Assembly (NCBI GenBank): GCA_039794845.1
Contig: JAUQVK010000025.1
Span: 125,330 to 141,648 of the forward strand
Reading direction: 5' to 3'
Length of the DNA stretch: 16,319 nucleotides
Source of the DNA: Thermostichus sp. DRC_bins_24
GTDB taxonomy: Bacteria > Cyanobacteriota > Cyanobacteriia > Thermostichales > Thermostichaceae
This document shows, piece by piece, positions 1 to 7,438 of this stretch; position 1 is the first letter of the stretch, and each line of letters starts with the position of its first letter. The notes under the pieces are model-generated. The model worked only from the letters and a program-made list of their open reading frames with translations. It had not been told where the DNA came from and did not search any database. The translations under genes were made by a program, and so were the position numbers.

Positions 1-1940
1 AGGTCATAGTCAAAACTCTGATTAAATCCAAGTTGCCCACCTCTAACTTTTACAGAAGCCGAAGGCTCAGTCGCTAACTTAGAGCCTATTTTGATCTGTA
101 CCCATGATGGCACTGGTCCGATCAAAAATGGTATTGTCTTTACTGGAATTTCGAATAACTGTATCTCAAAAGATATATCTAATTTCAGAATTCCATCGAA
201 AGCAATCCCTAACAATGCATTCTGTTCACCTTTGAGTGTGAAATCGAAGTGATTGAGACCAAAGTTGGGACTGAATGGATCCATTCCAAAATCCAAGTCT
301 CCAGATACCACTGGCGTAAAGTTAAAGCCTCCATAAACTTGAGCAAGAAGTTCCCGTTGAGTCCTTAATCCTGAACGCTTGAAGCGACCTTTATCACGCC
401 TAAATAGGCCCAACTCAACTCGACTGGTTGGTGTCGCAATTAATGTCCTTACAAACTGAGTGTTTCCCGGTATGGCTTGAGAATATTTTGCCTTGAGAAG
501 ACTTTCGGAAACGGGATCAACTAGAAAATAAGATAATGGACTGAATGCCAGTTTTTGAGGATCCAATTGGAAGTCAAGTTGTGAACGATTCTGAGAAGTC
601 AGATTGAGGCTGAGATCCACCTGCTGACTAAAGCTTGCTGATCCTTCCAGAATGAGATTTGAGAAAGGTGTTAGTTCAACCGTCATCCTCAAAGTGTTTC
701 CCTCCCTCTGAAGGGTCTTGATCCTCATCGGAGGGACACGCATGTCGGCTCCCACGATCACGTCATTGGGCAGTAGCGTAGGCAGGTTCTCACTATCTAC
801 CAAAATCAGGGAAAACTCATTAAGGGTTCTTGTTTCATCCTCAGGATCAAAATCAAATGCTAAAATCTGAGTCCTCTGATCCGGTAAGACCTTGACATTG
901 GGTGCAACACGTATATCTGGAGTGCTCAATGTGAAACTGACTCGATCAAAACTTGTGCGCCCATCCGAAAGCCGCACTCTAGCAGTGATCGTCTCCATCA
1001 AAGGAAGGGATCCACTGTTGTAAGTGAAGTTGGGGCCGGATCCCATGGGTCTTCCCTGATGATCTAGCCACTCAATCAAACTCGACCAATCTCTACCTTG
1101 CTCATCTACAGCTGTTGCCCGGAGTGCGACAGAAGCTCCTGTCGTTTGGGGCTGACCATCCACTTGATCTCGATCGATAATCGTTACTACTAAACCATTC
1201 GCTGGGGGCAATCCGCCTATGCCTTCGCCGCCGGTGGGTGTTGAAGTTGGAGTAGGGGGTGAGATGGGTTGTGTACCCCCGCCTTCTCCTGAAGTTGGTG
1301 GAGAGGGTGAAACGATAGGAGATGGGCTTTGTATTGGGAAAGAAGGTGCTGGAGAATCCAGCCGAGGCAGCTCAATTCCGGGAGATAAGTTACACGAGAT
1401 TTGTAAAACCCCTAGGCAAACTTGTTCTATGCTTTCAGGAGCTTCTGAGCCGAAGAGTATTCCCAAGACAATCCCAAAATCTTCAAGAGTTCCAGATATT
1501 CCGTCTCCATTAAAGTCAAAAAGGGCAACAGGAACAGGTTGAGCTGTATTGATGTCTTCTTCAGAAAGTCTGATCCCGAAAATATCGAAGATGATTCTTT
1601 GGATTTCCAATGGCGTCGCATTTGGGTTAATGATTCGTGCCAACGCAACCATGAAGTCTCTGATATTAAAAGTAATGGATTCTCCGCCGAAGGATATGGT
1701 GGCCGTATTCGTGGTTGCACCAGGAACGGTTTCAGCACTTGGCTGACCGGGAGTAGGCTGAATGGTGGGAACCCCACTCGGTAGGGAGGGGTTTGATACC
1801 GTTGGCGCTTGCGTTGCAGAAGGAGTCGAAAGAGATAGTGTAGAAGGGGATCCTCCGCCGCACCCGATTGCCAGTCCCAAAACTGAGGTCAGCGTGGGAA
1901 TCAGAATAAGCTTCTTAACAAAAAGAGCCTTGCTGCTCAC
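1..1940 (-). CDS. Large putative surface/secreted lipoprotein (>646 aa, 3' end outside the window), with Pro/Ser/Thr linkers, a DFNGDG Ca-binding-like motif, an Ig/PKD-like segment and a beta-rich C-terminal region
   Basis: My hand translation is open from GTG at 1940 to the window edge (MSSKALFVKKLILIPTLTSVLGLAIGCGGGSPSTLSLSTPS...FNQSFDYD). There is an in-frame TGA just upstream and AAGGTG 4 nt before the start. A basic N-region, a hydrophobic stretch and a lipobox-like LAIG|C are present. The ORF track misses it because there is no stop in the window. Confidence 0.85.
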   Translation of the reverse strand, partial: MSSKALFVKKLILIPTLTSVLGLAIGCGGGSPSTLSLSTPSATQAPTVSNPSLPSGVPTIQPTPGQPSAETVPGATTNTATISFGGESITFNIRDFMVALARIINPNATPLEIQRIIFDIFGIRLSEEDINTAQPVPVALFDFNGDGISGTLEDFGIVLGILFGSEAPESIEQVCLGVLQISCNLSPGIELPRLDSPAPSFPIQSPSPIVSPSPPTSGEGGGTQPISPPTPTSTPTGGEGIGGLPPANGLVVTIIDRDQVDGQPQTTGASVALRATAVDEQGRDWSSLIEWLDHQGRPMGSGPNFTYNSGSLPLMETITARVRLSDGRTSFDRVSFTLSTPDIRVAPNVKVLPDQRTQILAFDFDPEDETRTLNEFSLILVDSENLPTLLPNDVIVGADMRVPPMRIKTLQREGNTLRMTVELTPFSNLILEGSASFSQQVDLSLNLTSQNRSQLDFQLDPQKLAFSPLSYFLVDPVSESLLKAKYSQAIPGNTQFVRTLIATPTSRVELGLFRRDKGRFKRSGLRTQRELLAQVYGGFNFTPVVSGDLDFGMDPFSPNFGLNHFDFTLKGEQNALLGIAFDGILKLDISFEIQLFEIPVKTIPFLIGPVPSWVQIKIGSKLATEPSASVKVRGGQLGFNQSFDYD

Positions 1941-1978
1941 GGTACACCTTGAATAATCGAAAAGTAATCAAACAGCTT

Positions 1979-2100
1979 GCTCGCGGTTAGGCTTTGCCGG
2001 TTAAAGGTCGAAGAGCGCCCGGCTTCACACTGTCACCGAGTGGAAGCAACCGGATATGTGCCCCGACCCATCCAGATAAGGCTGTTGCATAAGCAGGAGC
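1979..2100 (-). ncRNA. Structured RNA element (candidate cis-regulatory leader or sRNA) upstream of the lipoprotein gene
   Basis: Nested pairings on the minus strand: GCTC/GAGC, CTGG/CCGG, GGTCGGGG/CTTCGACC, TCCGG/CCGGG, GCTTC/GAAGC, CACT/AGTG. It starts just after a -10-like TATAAG and ends ~39 nt before the GTG. The family is not identified. Confidence 0.5.
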
Positions 2101-2104
2101 GAGG

Positions 2105-2163
2105 CTTATATTGACATCACATTGTTAAGGCCATATGTGGCTAAGGGTTAAGCATGGGTTAAC
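2105..2163 (-). promoter_or_regulatory. Pho-box-like (SphR/PhoB) direct repeats plus a -10-like hexamer
   Basis: The minus strand reads GTTAACCC-atg-CTTAACCC (11-nt period), then a third CTTAACAA at 2129-2122, 11 nt, and TATAAG (2110-2105). This resembles the cyanobacterial PyTTAAPyPy(T/A) Pho box. Confidence 0.5.
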
Positions 2164-2165
2164 CC

Positions 2166-2185
2166 CTCAAATTGACTCAAATTGA
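2166..2185. repeat. Tandem 10-bp direct repeat CTCAAATTGA x2, each unit quasi-palindromic (TCAA-A-TTGA)
   Basis: Exact duplication at 2166-2175 and 2176-2185, directly adjacent to the Pho-box-like repeats. Confidence 0.8.
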
Positions 2186-2387
2186 TCTTGGTGGTCTTAC
2201 CTCACAAGGCCCTCCCCATCTCAGGGGTTCAGGGATCCTCTACCCGGTGAACCGCTTCGGAGTTGAGGACTTCCCCTTCAACGGCTGAGGGTTTTACCCC
2301 ATTCAGGATTCAGTCCTCCCGCTTATGTATCCAGATCCTGTTCACCGCAGGCTTAGCAACAACAAGGATTCCTCTCCGGGATTCCGT

Positions 2388-3047
2388 CTATTGCCTTAGC
2401 CAATCGAGAAGGGTTGTTCCCCCCAGCCATAGCCCCACCAAAATCGAGGTCGTCAGCAGCCCCCCCGCCACACAGATCAGGGATCCCACACCGCACAGGA
2501 TCCCATCTTCTTCCATGAGACCAAAGGCAGTGACGAAAACCCCAATTGCCGGCAGGGTGTTGGTGCCCGGAATCGGGAGGATCATCGACAGGCCCATCAA
2601 ACCAATCAACGTGCCCAGCAAACCCTGTCCCAATCGAGTCGTACACAACTGCGTCCAACGGGGGCGAGAGATTTTTTCAATGCGCCGCAACCACGGGATC
2701 CCTGCCTGCACCAGTTTCTGAAATCGATTCAATTGAACCCTTTTCTGTAGGATTCCTTCGGGCAACCAGGGGGTGGTTCGCCCCGCCGCCAGTTGAACTG
2801 CCAACAGGAGGATGAAAAAGCCAAACGGGGTGGAATAGCCGGGGGCAGGCAACGGCAACGCCGAGGGCAGAGAAAGAACCACCAGAAACAAACCAAAGCT
2901 GCGCTCACCCACCAATTTCAGAATTTGTTCAATGCAGATTGTTTCCTGGGGATCCCGAGATCCGGTTGCTTCGGGATTGGATTCCGGTTGCTCCGGGCTG
3001 TTGTGAAGGTGAGAAAACTGCGCCAGCTCTTGGGACAGACGAGCCAT
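2388..3047 (-). CDS. exoD: Exopolysaccharide synthesis ExoD-family membrane protein
   Basis: Motifs GERSFGLFLVVLSLPSALPLPAPGYSTPFG, PWLP and LPIPGTNTLPAIGVFVTAFGLMEEDG. The start is placed at MARLSQEL (3047) rather than the ORF-track start at 3152. Confidence 0.9.
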   Translation of the reverse strand: MARLSQELAQFSHLHNSPEQPESNPEATGSRDPQETICIEQILKLVGERSFGLFLVVLSLPSALPLPAPGYSTPFGFFILLLAVQLAAGRTTPWLPEGILQKRVQLNRFQKLVQAGIPWLRRIEKISRPRWTQLCTTRLGQGLLGTLIGLMGLSMILPIPGTNTLPAIGVFVTAFGLMEEDGILCGVGSLICVAGGLLTTSILVGLWLGGTTLLDWLRQ

Positions 3048-3244
3048 AAAAGGATGCAGGGTGTTGAGAGGGAGAATACCAGCAGACGGGCTCCGCACGA
3101 CCCGGAGGGCCAACGTTAGCCTACTGCAAATTCTGTTGGATATTCTGAACAAAGGGGTGGTTTTGGAGAGGTGACATGCGCAATAAGGTTGTGGCCATCA
3201 ACGGGTCTGAGATATCGAACAATCCGTATCGGCCTTTCCGAAGA

Positions 3245-3589
3245 ATGTGGGAGGTTGGCTGGGCCCTGCTGCTGGGATCCCTGCTGGTCTTCAGCGATCA
3301 GGGGGTGGTGGTTGCCGAGTTGGAGCTAGAGACGGGCACTTCCACCACCCTGCCCCCCGATGAAGCGCCACCGGTGTTGCCGCCGCCCCCCCTGGGAGTT
3401 CGACAAATTTCCGTGGATACCGACCCTGATCAAACGGCAGATATGCCCCTTTCCCTCATGGGGGAACATGTGCTGGAGGCAGTGTGTGAGGCGCAAATTG
3501 ATGCCCAGCGGGCCTTGGCTCTGATGCCGGATTTGAGTGAATCCCATATCCGCGCTGCCTGCCCGAAGCGGCTGATCCCCAAAAGCTGA
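3245..3589 (+). CDS. Hypothetical secreted/periplasmic protein
   Basis: Hydrophobic N-terminus (WALLLGSLLVF), a Pro-rich linker and two C-terminal Cys. It fills the gap between exoD and the BMP gene. An alternative start lies at 3176. Confidence 0.6.
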   Translation: MWEVGWALLLGSLLVFSDQGVVVAELELETGTSTTLPPDEAPPVLPPPPLGVRQISVDTDPDQTADMPLSLMGEHVLEAVCEAQIDAQRALALMPDLSESHIRAACPKRLIPKS

Positions 3590-3602
3590 GACCCAGGAAA
3601 AG

Positions 3603-3644
3603 GTAGCAGAGAATACGTTTAGTCCTGAGGGTGGGTGGTACTCA
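3603..3644 (+). promoter_or_regulatory. NtcA-box-like site (class II NtcA promoter geometry)
   Basis: GTA-GCAGAGAA-TAC at 3603-3616, then exactly 22 nt, then TACTCA (imperfect TAN3T). It lies upstream of the BMP start at 3679. Confidence 0.55.
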
Positions 3645-3678
3645 ATGTGTGTACCGATTTCTTCAGGGATCCCCTTAC

Positions 3679-4707
3679 ATGTCTAGGCTGCGTTTTTCTG
3701 AGCTGGGTTGGAGTCGGGAATGGCTTGCACGAGTAGCCTTCGCAATTGCCATGCTCAGCCTCTTGGTTTTGGGACGGACGACCCAAGCGCAGTCGGGCAG
3801 TGATATCAGCGGCATGAGGCTGGCCATCATTCTGGGAGGAACTGCCAACGACGGCTCTTGGAACCAAGCGGCTGCCGATGCAGGCAAAGCGCTACAGGCT
3901 AAGGGGGTAGAGGTGGCAATCGTGGAACAGATCCCGGATCCCGATGTGGAGCGGGTACTGCGCCAATATGCCGAACAAGAGTTTGACCTGATCATCGGCC
4001 ACTCTTTTAATCATCAGGATGCCGTATTCGCGGTGGCGGAAGACTTTCCGGAGGTGAATTTTTCCTGGGGTGGGGCAATCGGCCGGGTTAGCGAAAATGT
4101 CTCGGATTACGACCAGCCTTTTCACGAGGGGGCCTACCTGGTCGGGATCCTGGCGGGGGAACTGAGCCGAACAGGCCGGCTGGGGGCGCTCTACGGATTT
4201 GAAATTCCGGTTTGTAAAGCGATGGGCAATGCCCTTCTGGCAGGGGCGCAGTTGGTGAACCCAGAGGCCACCCTCACGGATGTGGCGGTGGGGGATTGGT
4301 ACGATGTCGGGCGGGCCAAAGAGGCAGCCTTGGCCCAGGCGGAAACCGGCGTGGATTTCTGGATTGGCTGCGGGCAAGGCCCCACCTGGGGATCCATCGA
4401 AGCGGCCAAGGAGGTGGAAGGCTTCAGCACAGGCTATGTGGGCAACATGACGGAACTGGGGCCCGAGGTGGTGGTCACCAACATCGTCTGGAACCTAGAG
4501 CCCACCTTCAAGCAAATGTTGATCGACACGAAAGCGGGCACCTACGCCGAGCAGTACTACTCCCTGGGGGTGGCAGAAGATGCGGTGCGGTTGGAGTTTA
4601 ACCCCGCCTTTGAAGAACGCATTAGCCCTGAAACCCTGGCCCTCTACGAAGCCACCAAAGCCAAGATCCAGAGTGGCGAATTTGAGGTGCCCTTCCAGCC
4701 CAACTAA
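3679..4707 (+). CDS. BMP-family (PnrA/NupN-like) ABC substrate-binding protein, probably for purines/nucleosides
   Basis: Motifs NDGSWNQAA, FDLIIGHSF, VAEDFPEVNF, EGAYLVGILAG and VGDWYD. The signal peptide ends in AQA with no lipobox Cys. The ORF-track start at 3631 is probably too early. Confidence 0.9.
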   Translation: MSRLRFSELGWSREWLARVAFAIAMLSLLVLGRTTQAQSGSDISGMRLAIILGGTANDGSWNQAAADAGKALQAKGVEVAIVEQIPDPDVERVLRQYAEQEFDLIIGHSFNHQDAVFAVAEDFPEVNFSWGGAIGRVSENVSDYDQPFHEGAYLVGILAGELSRTGRLGALYGFEIPVCKAMGNALLAGAQLVNPEATLTDVAVGDWYDVGRAKEAALAQAETGVDFWIGCGQGPTWGSIEAAKEVEGFSTGYVGNMTELGPEVVVTNIVWNLEPTFKQMLIDTKAGTYAEQYYSLGVAEDAVRLEFNPAFEERISPETLALYEATKAKIQSGEFEVPFQPN

Positions 4708-4803
4708 GCCAAATCCCAGGGGCCACTCTTATAAAGATCTCTTATCCTAAAAGATCAAAGATCCAGTGGCCAGGGATCCCCGAGCAACCCAAAGGTGCTG
4801 GCC

Positions 4804-5826
4804 ATGAGCGAACGGTTTCAGGATTCCAACTCTGTCCTTTTAGGGCGCGAAGCAACACTGGATCCGCTAATCCGAGGGGATTGGCATGCGGTGGTGCGGC
4901 TACAGGATTTAGAAACCCATCCTCAGCCCTTCTCCGTACGGCTGCTGGAAGAAGATCTGGTCATCTGGAAAGCGCAAGGGGAGTGGCGCTGCTGGCAGGA
5001 TCGCTGTGTGCACCGGGGTACGGCTCTGTCGTTGGGCACCGTCAAGGACTCCACCCTGATCTGCCCCTACCACGGCTGGGTATTCGATGCCGAAGGGCGC
5101 TGCATTCACATCCCGGCTCACCCGGAACAAACTCCCCCGAAGCGGGCTTGTATTCCCACCTACGCGGTGCAGGAGCGCTACGGGCTGCTTTGGGTGTGTT
5201 TAAGTAAGCCGCAACAGCCCATTCCCCCTTTTCCCGAGTGGGGGGATCCCAACTTTCGGCCTTTGTCTTCTCGGGGGTATCGCATTCGTGCCTGTGGCAC
5301 CCGCGCCATCGAAAACTTTCTGGATGTCAGCCATTTTCCCTTTGTGCACAAAGCGATTCTGGGGGATCCCGCCCATCCGGTTATTCCCGACTACCGGGTG
5401 CAGATCACCCCGGATGGGGTGCTGGCGGAAAACGTGCGGGTGTATCAGCCGGATCCCTATGGTACAGGGGTAGGAGATACGGTTTCCTATACCTACCGCG
5501 CCCTACGCCCCCTGACAGCCTATTTGCGCAAAGACTCGACGGAGCGATGTGTGGCCATTTTGCTGACCGTCACCCCCCACTCGGAGCAGGAGAGCACCCT
5601 GTGGATGTTGATGGCCATGAACTACGGCTTCGAGATCCCCGCCCAGGATCTGTTGGACTGGCAGGAGGCGATCGTGTTGCAGGATATCCCAATTGTGGAA
5701 TCGCAACGGCCCTACCTCTTGCCCCTGGATCCCCATACGGAGCTGCACTTGGCTTCCGATCAATCGGCGATCCTGTACCGGCGCTGGCTCAAGGACATGG
5801 GCCTACAATTTGGCGTTTTGCCCTGA
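4804..5826 (+). CDS. Rieske non-heme iron oxygenase alpha subunit, VanA/NdmA demethylase-like
   Basis: Rieske ligands DRCVHRG...CPYHGW, mononuclear-iron motif ENFLDVSHFPFVH, and C-terminal QDIPIVESQRP...SDQSAILYRRWL. Confidence 0.92.
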   Translation: MSERFQDSNSVLLGREATLDPLIRGDWHAVVRLQDLETHPQPFSVRLLEEDLVIWKAQGEWRCWQDRCVHRGTALSLGTVKDSTLICPYHGWVFDAEGRCIHIPAHPEQTPPKRACIPTYAVQERYGLLWVCLSKPQQPIPPFPEWGDPNFRPLSSRGYRIRACGTRAIENFLDVSHFPFVHKAILGDPAHPVIPDYRVQITPDGVLAENVRVYQPDPYGTGVGDTVSYTYRALRPLTAYLRKDSTERCVAILLTVTPHSEQESTLWMLMAMNYGFEIPAQDLLDWQEAIVLQDIPIVESQRPYLLPLDPHTELHLASDQSAILYRRWLKDMGLQFGVLP

Positions 5827-5856
5827 TTTGTTTTGTTGTTCACCCCTTCCCTACCG

Positions 5857-7434
5857 ATGCAAGTTTCCCAACGCTCTTCTACCCACACCGGCATCTCAAC
5901 AGATGCGCCCTTGGTGCAGATGCAAGGGATCCGCAAAAGTTTCGCGGGGGTACTGGCCAATGATGGGGTGGACTTTGAGCTGCAACCGGGGGAGATTCAC
6001 GCCCTTTTGGGGGAAAATGGTGCCGGGAAGACCACCCTCATGAACATTCTGGCGGGCCTCTACCAACCGGATGGCGGAGAAATTTGCTTGCGTGGCCAGC
6101 GGGTACAAATCAAATCCCCGCGCCAGGCCATTCAGCTGGGCATTGGCATGGTGCATCAGCACTTTATGTTGGTGCAGAGCTTTACGGTTGCCGATAACAT
6201 CGTTTTGGGGCAAGGCTCGTCAAGATCCGGCGAGGGAGGATCCGGCTGGCTCCGGGAGGATCCCGTACGTCTACACGAGCAGTTGCGGCAGCTGGCGGAA
6301 CAGTACGGATTGCAGGTGGATCCGGCGGCTCAAGTGGCCCAGCTCTCGGTAGGGGAACAACAGCGGGTAGAGATCCTCAAGGCCATTTATCGCGGCTCGG
6401 ATATTTTGATCCTGGATGAGCCAACAGCGGTACTGACGCCCCAGGAAGTGGAGGAACTGCTGCAAACGCTGCGGGCCTTGGCAGCTCAGGGCACAGGCAT
6501 TGTTTTTATTTCCCACAAGCTGAAGGAGGTGCTGGCTCTGTGTCATCGGGTAACGGTGCTGCGGGATGGCCGGCGGGTGGGCACGATCGCGGTGGCAGAA
6601 CACCTGCAAGCCCTGGGATCCGAGGGATGCGAACGGCTCCTGGCCCAGATGATGGTGGGTCGAGAGGTGAACTTTGAGCGGCAACCCGGACGGGAGGCCC
6701 CGCAAAGGCTGGGAGAGCCGCTCCTCACCCTCAAGCAGGTGGTGGCGCTGAGCGACCGTGACCGTCTTCCGGCTTTGCGGGGGATTGATTTGCAGGTGCA
6801 CCCGGGGGAGATCGTCGGGGTTGCCGGGGTAGATGGCAACGGCCAGCGGGAGTTGGAGGAGGTGATCGCGGGGTTACGGCCCATCCAAAGTGGTTCGGTG
6901 CAGTTCGCCGGATCGGGAGCCGTGAACCTGGCCCATATTCCGTCGGATCGCTACAGTATGGGGTTGCTCTCGGAGTTCAGCGTCGCGGAAAATGCCGTGT
7001 TACGGGATGTGGATCGGGATCCCTACTGTCGGCGCGGCTGGTTGGACTTGCGGGCAATTGCCCGCTTTGCTCAACAGTTGGTGCTGCAATTTACGGTGAA
7101 AACTCCCTCGATTCAAACGCGGGCCGGAAAACTCTCGGGGGGCAATGCCCAAAAACTGGTCTTGGGACGGGAGCTGGCGCGACAACCCCGGCTGATCCTA
7201 GCGGCCCAACCGACGCGGGGGCTGGATATTAATGCCATTGAGTATGTGCATCATCAACTGTTGCAACAACGGCAGGCGGGGGCAGGGATCCTGCTCATTT
7301 CCACGGAACTGGAGGAAATCCTGCGGCTGAGCGACCGGATCGTGGTGCTCTACGAGGGACAAATTCGCGGCGAAACCTCGGCAGAGGCGGTGGATATTCA
7401 TCAGTTGGGCCTGTGGATGGCGGGGAGAGACTAG
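5857..7434 (+). CDS. CUT2/nucleoside ABC transporter ATP-binding protein (two fused ABC domains; NupA/YufO-like)
   Basis: Walker A GENGAGKT, GMVHQHFMLV, LSVGEQQRVEI, LILDEPTAVL; second domain GVDGNGQ, LSGGNAQK, QPTRGLD. The start is ATG 5857 or TTG 5833. Confidence 0.95.
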   Translation: MQVSQRSSTHTGISTDAPLVQMQGIRKSFAGVLANDGVDFELQPGEIHALLGENGAGKTTLMNILAGLYQPDGGEICLRGQRVQIKSPRQAIQLGIGMVHQHFMLVQSFTVADNIVLGQGSSRSGEGGSGWLREDPVRLHEQLRQLAEQYGLQVDPAAQVAQLSVGEQQRVEILKAIYRGSDILILDEPTAVLTPQEVEELLQTLRALAAQGTGIVFISHKLKEVLALCHRVTVLRDGRRVGTIAVAEHLQALGSEGCERLLAQMMVGREVNFERQPGREAPQRLGEPLLTLKQVVALSDRDRLPALRGIDLQVHPGEIVGVAGVDGNGQRELEEVIAGLRPIQSGSVQFAGSGAVNLAHIPSDRYSMGLLSEFSVAENAVLRDVDRDPYCRRGWLDLRAIARFAQQLVLQFTVKTPSIQTRAGKLSGGNAQKLVLGRELARQPRLILAAQPTRGLDINAIEYVHHQLLQQRQAGAGILLISTELEEILRLSDRIVVLYEGQIRGETSAEAVDIHQLGLWMAGRD

Positions 7435-7438
7435 CTAG

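Noticed and set aside
1219..1956. ORF-track entries 1219..1542, 1322..1513, 1427..1777, 1539..1784, 1549..1746 and 1762..1956
   Set aside because: They are antisense or out-of-frame shadows of the long minus-strand ORF 1940->1 and carry no recognisable motifs.
1960..2120. Structured element as 6S RNA or a c-di-AMP (ydaO) riboswitch
   Set aside because: The rod shape is superficially 6S-like but short. The ydaO hallmarks (GCCGAAUCC, CCCG.CAGCUAAC) are absent. I left it unassigned pending cmscan.
2111..2139. Plus-strand sigma70 promoter TTGACA-N17-TATGTG
   Set aside because: The -10 lacks the conserved final T and there is no credible downstream plus-strand gene. It is mentioned only as a hint.
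2263..3119. Plus-strand ORFs opposite exoD
   Set aside because: Antisense shadows in GC-rich DNA.
5238..5963. 241-aa alternative-frame ORF overlapping the Rieske gene
   Set aside because: It is out of frame with a clearly conserved gene, has low-complexity composition and shows no motifs.
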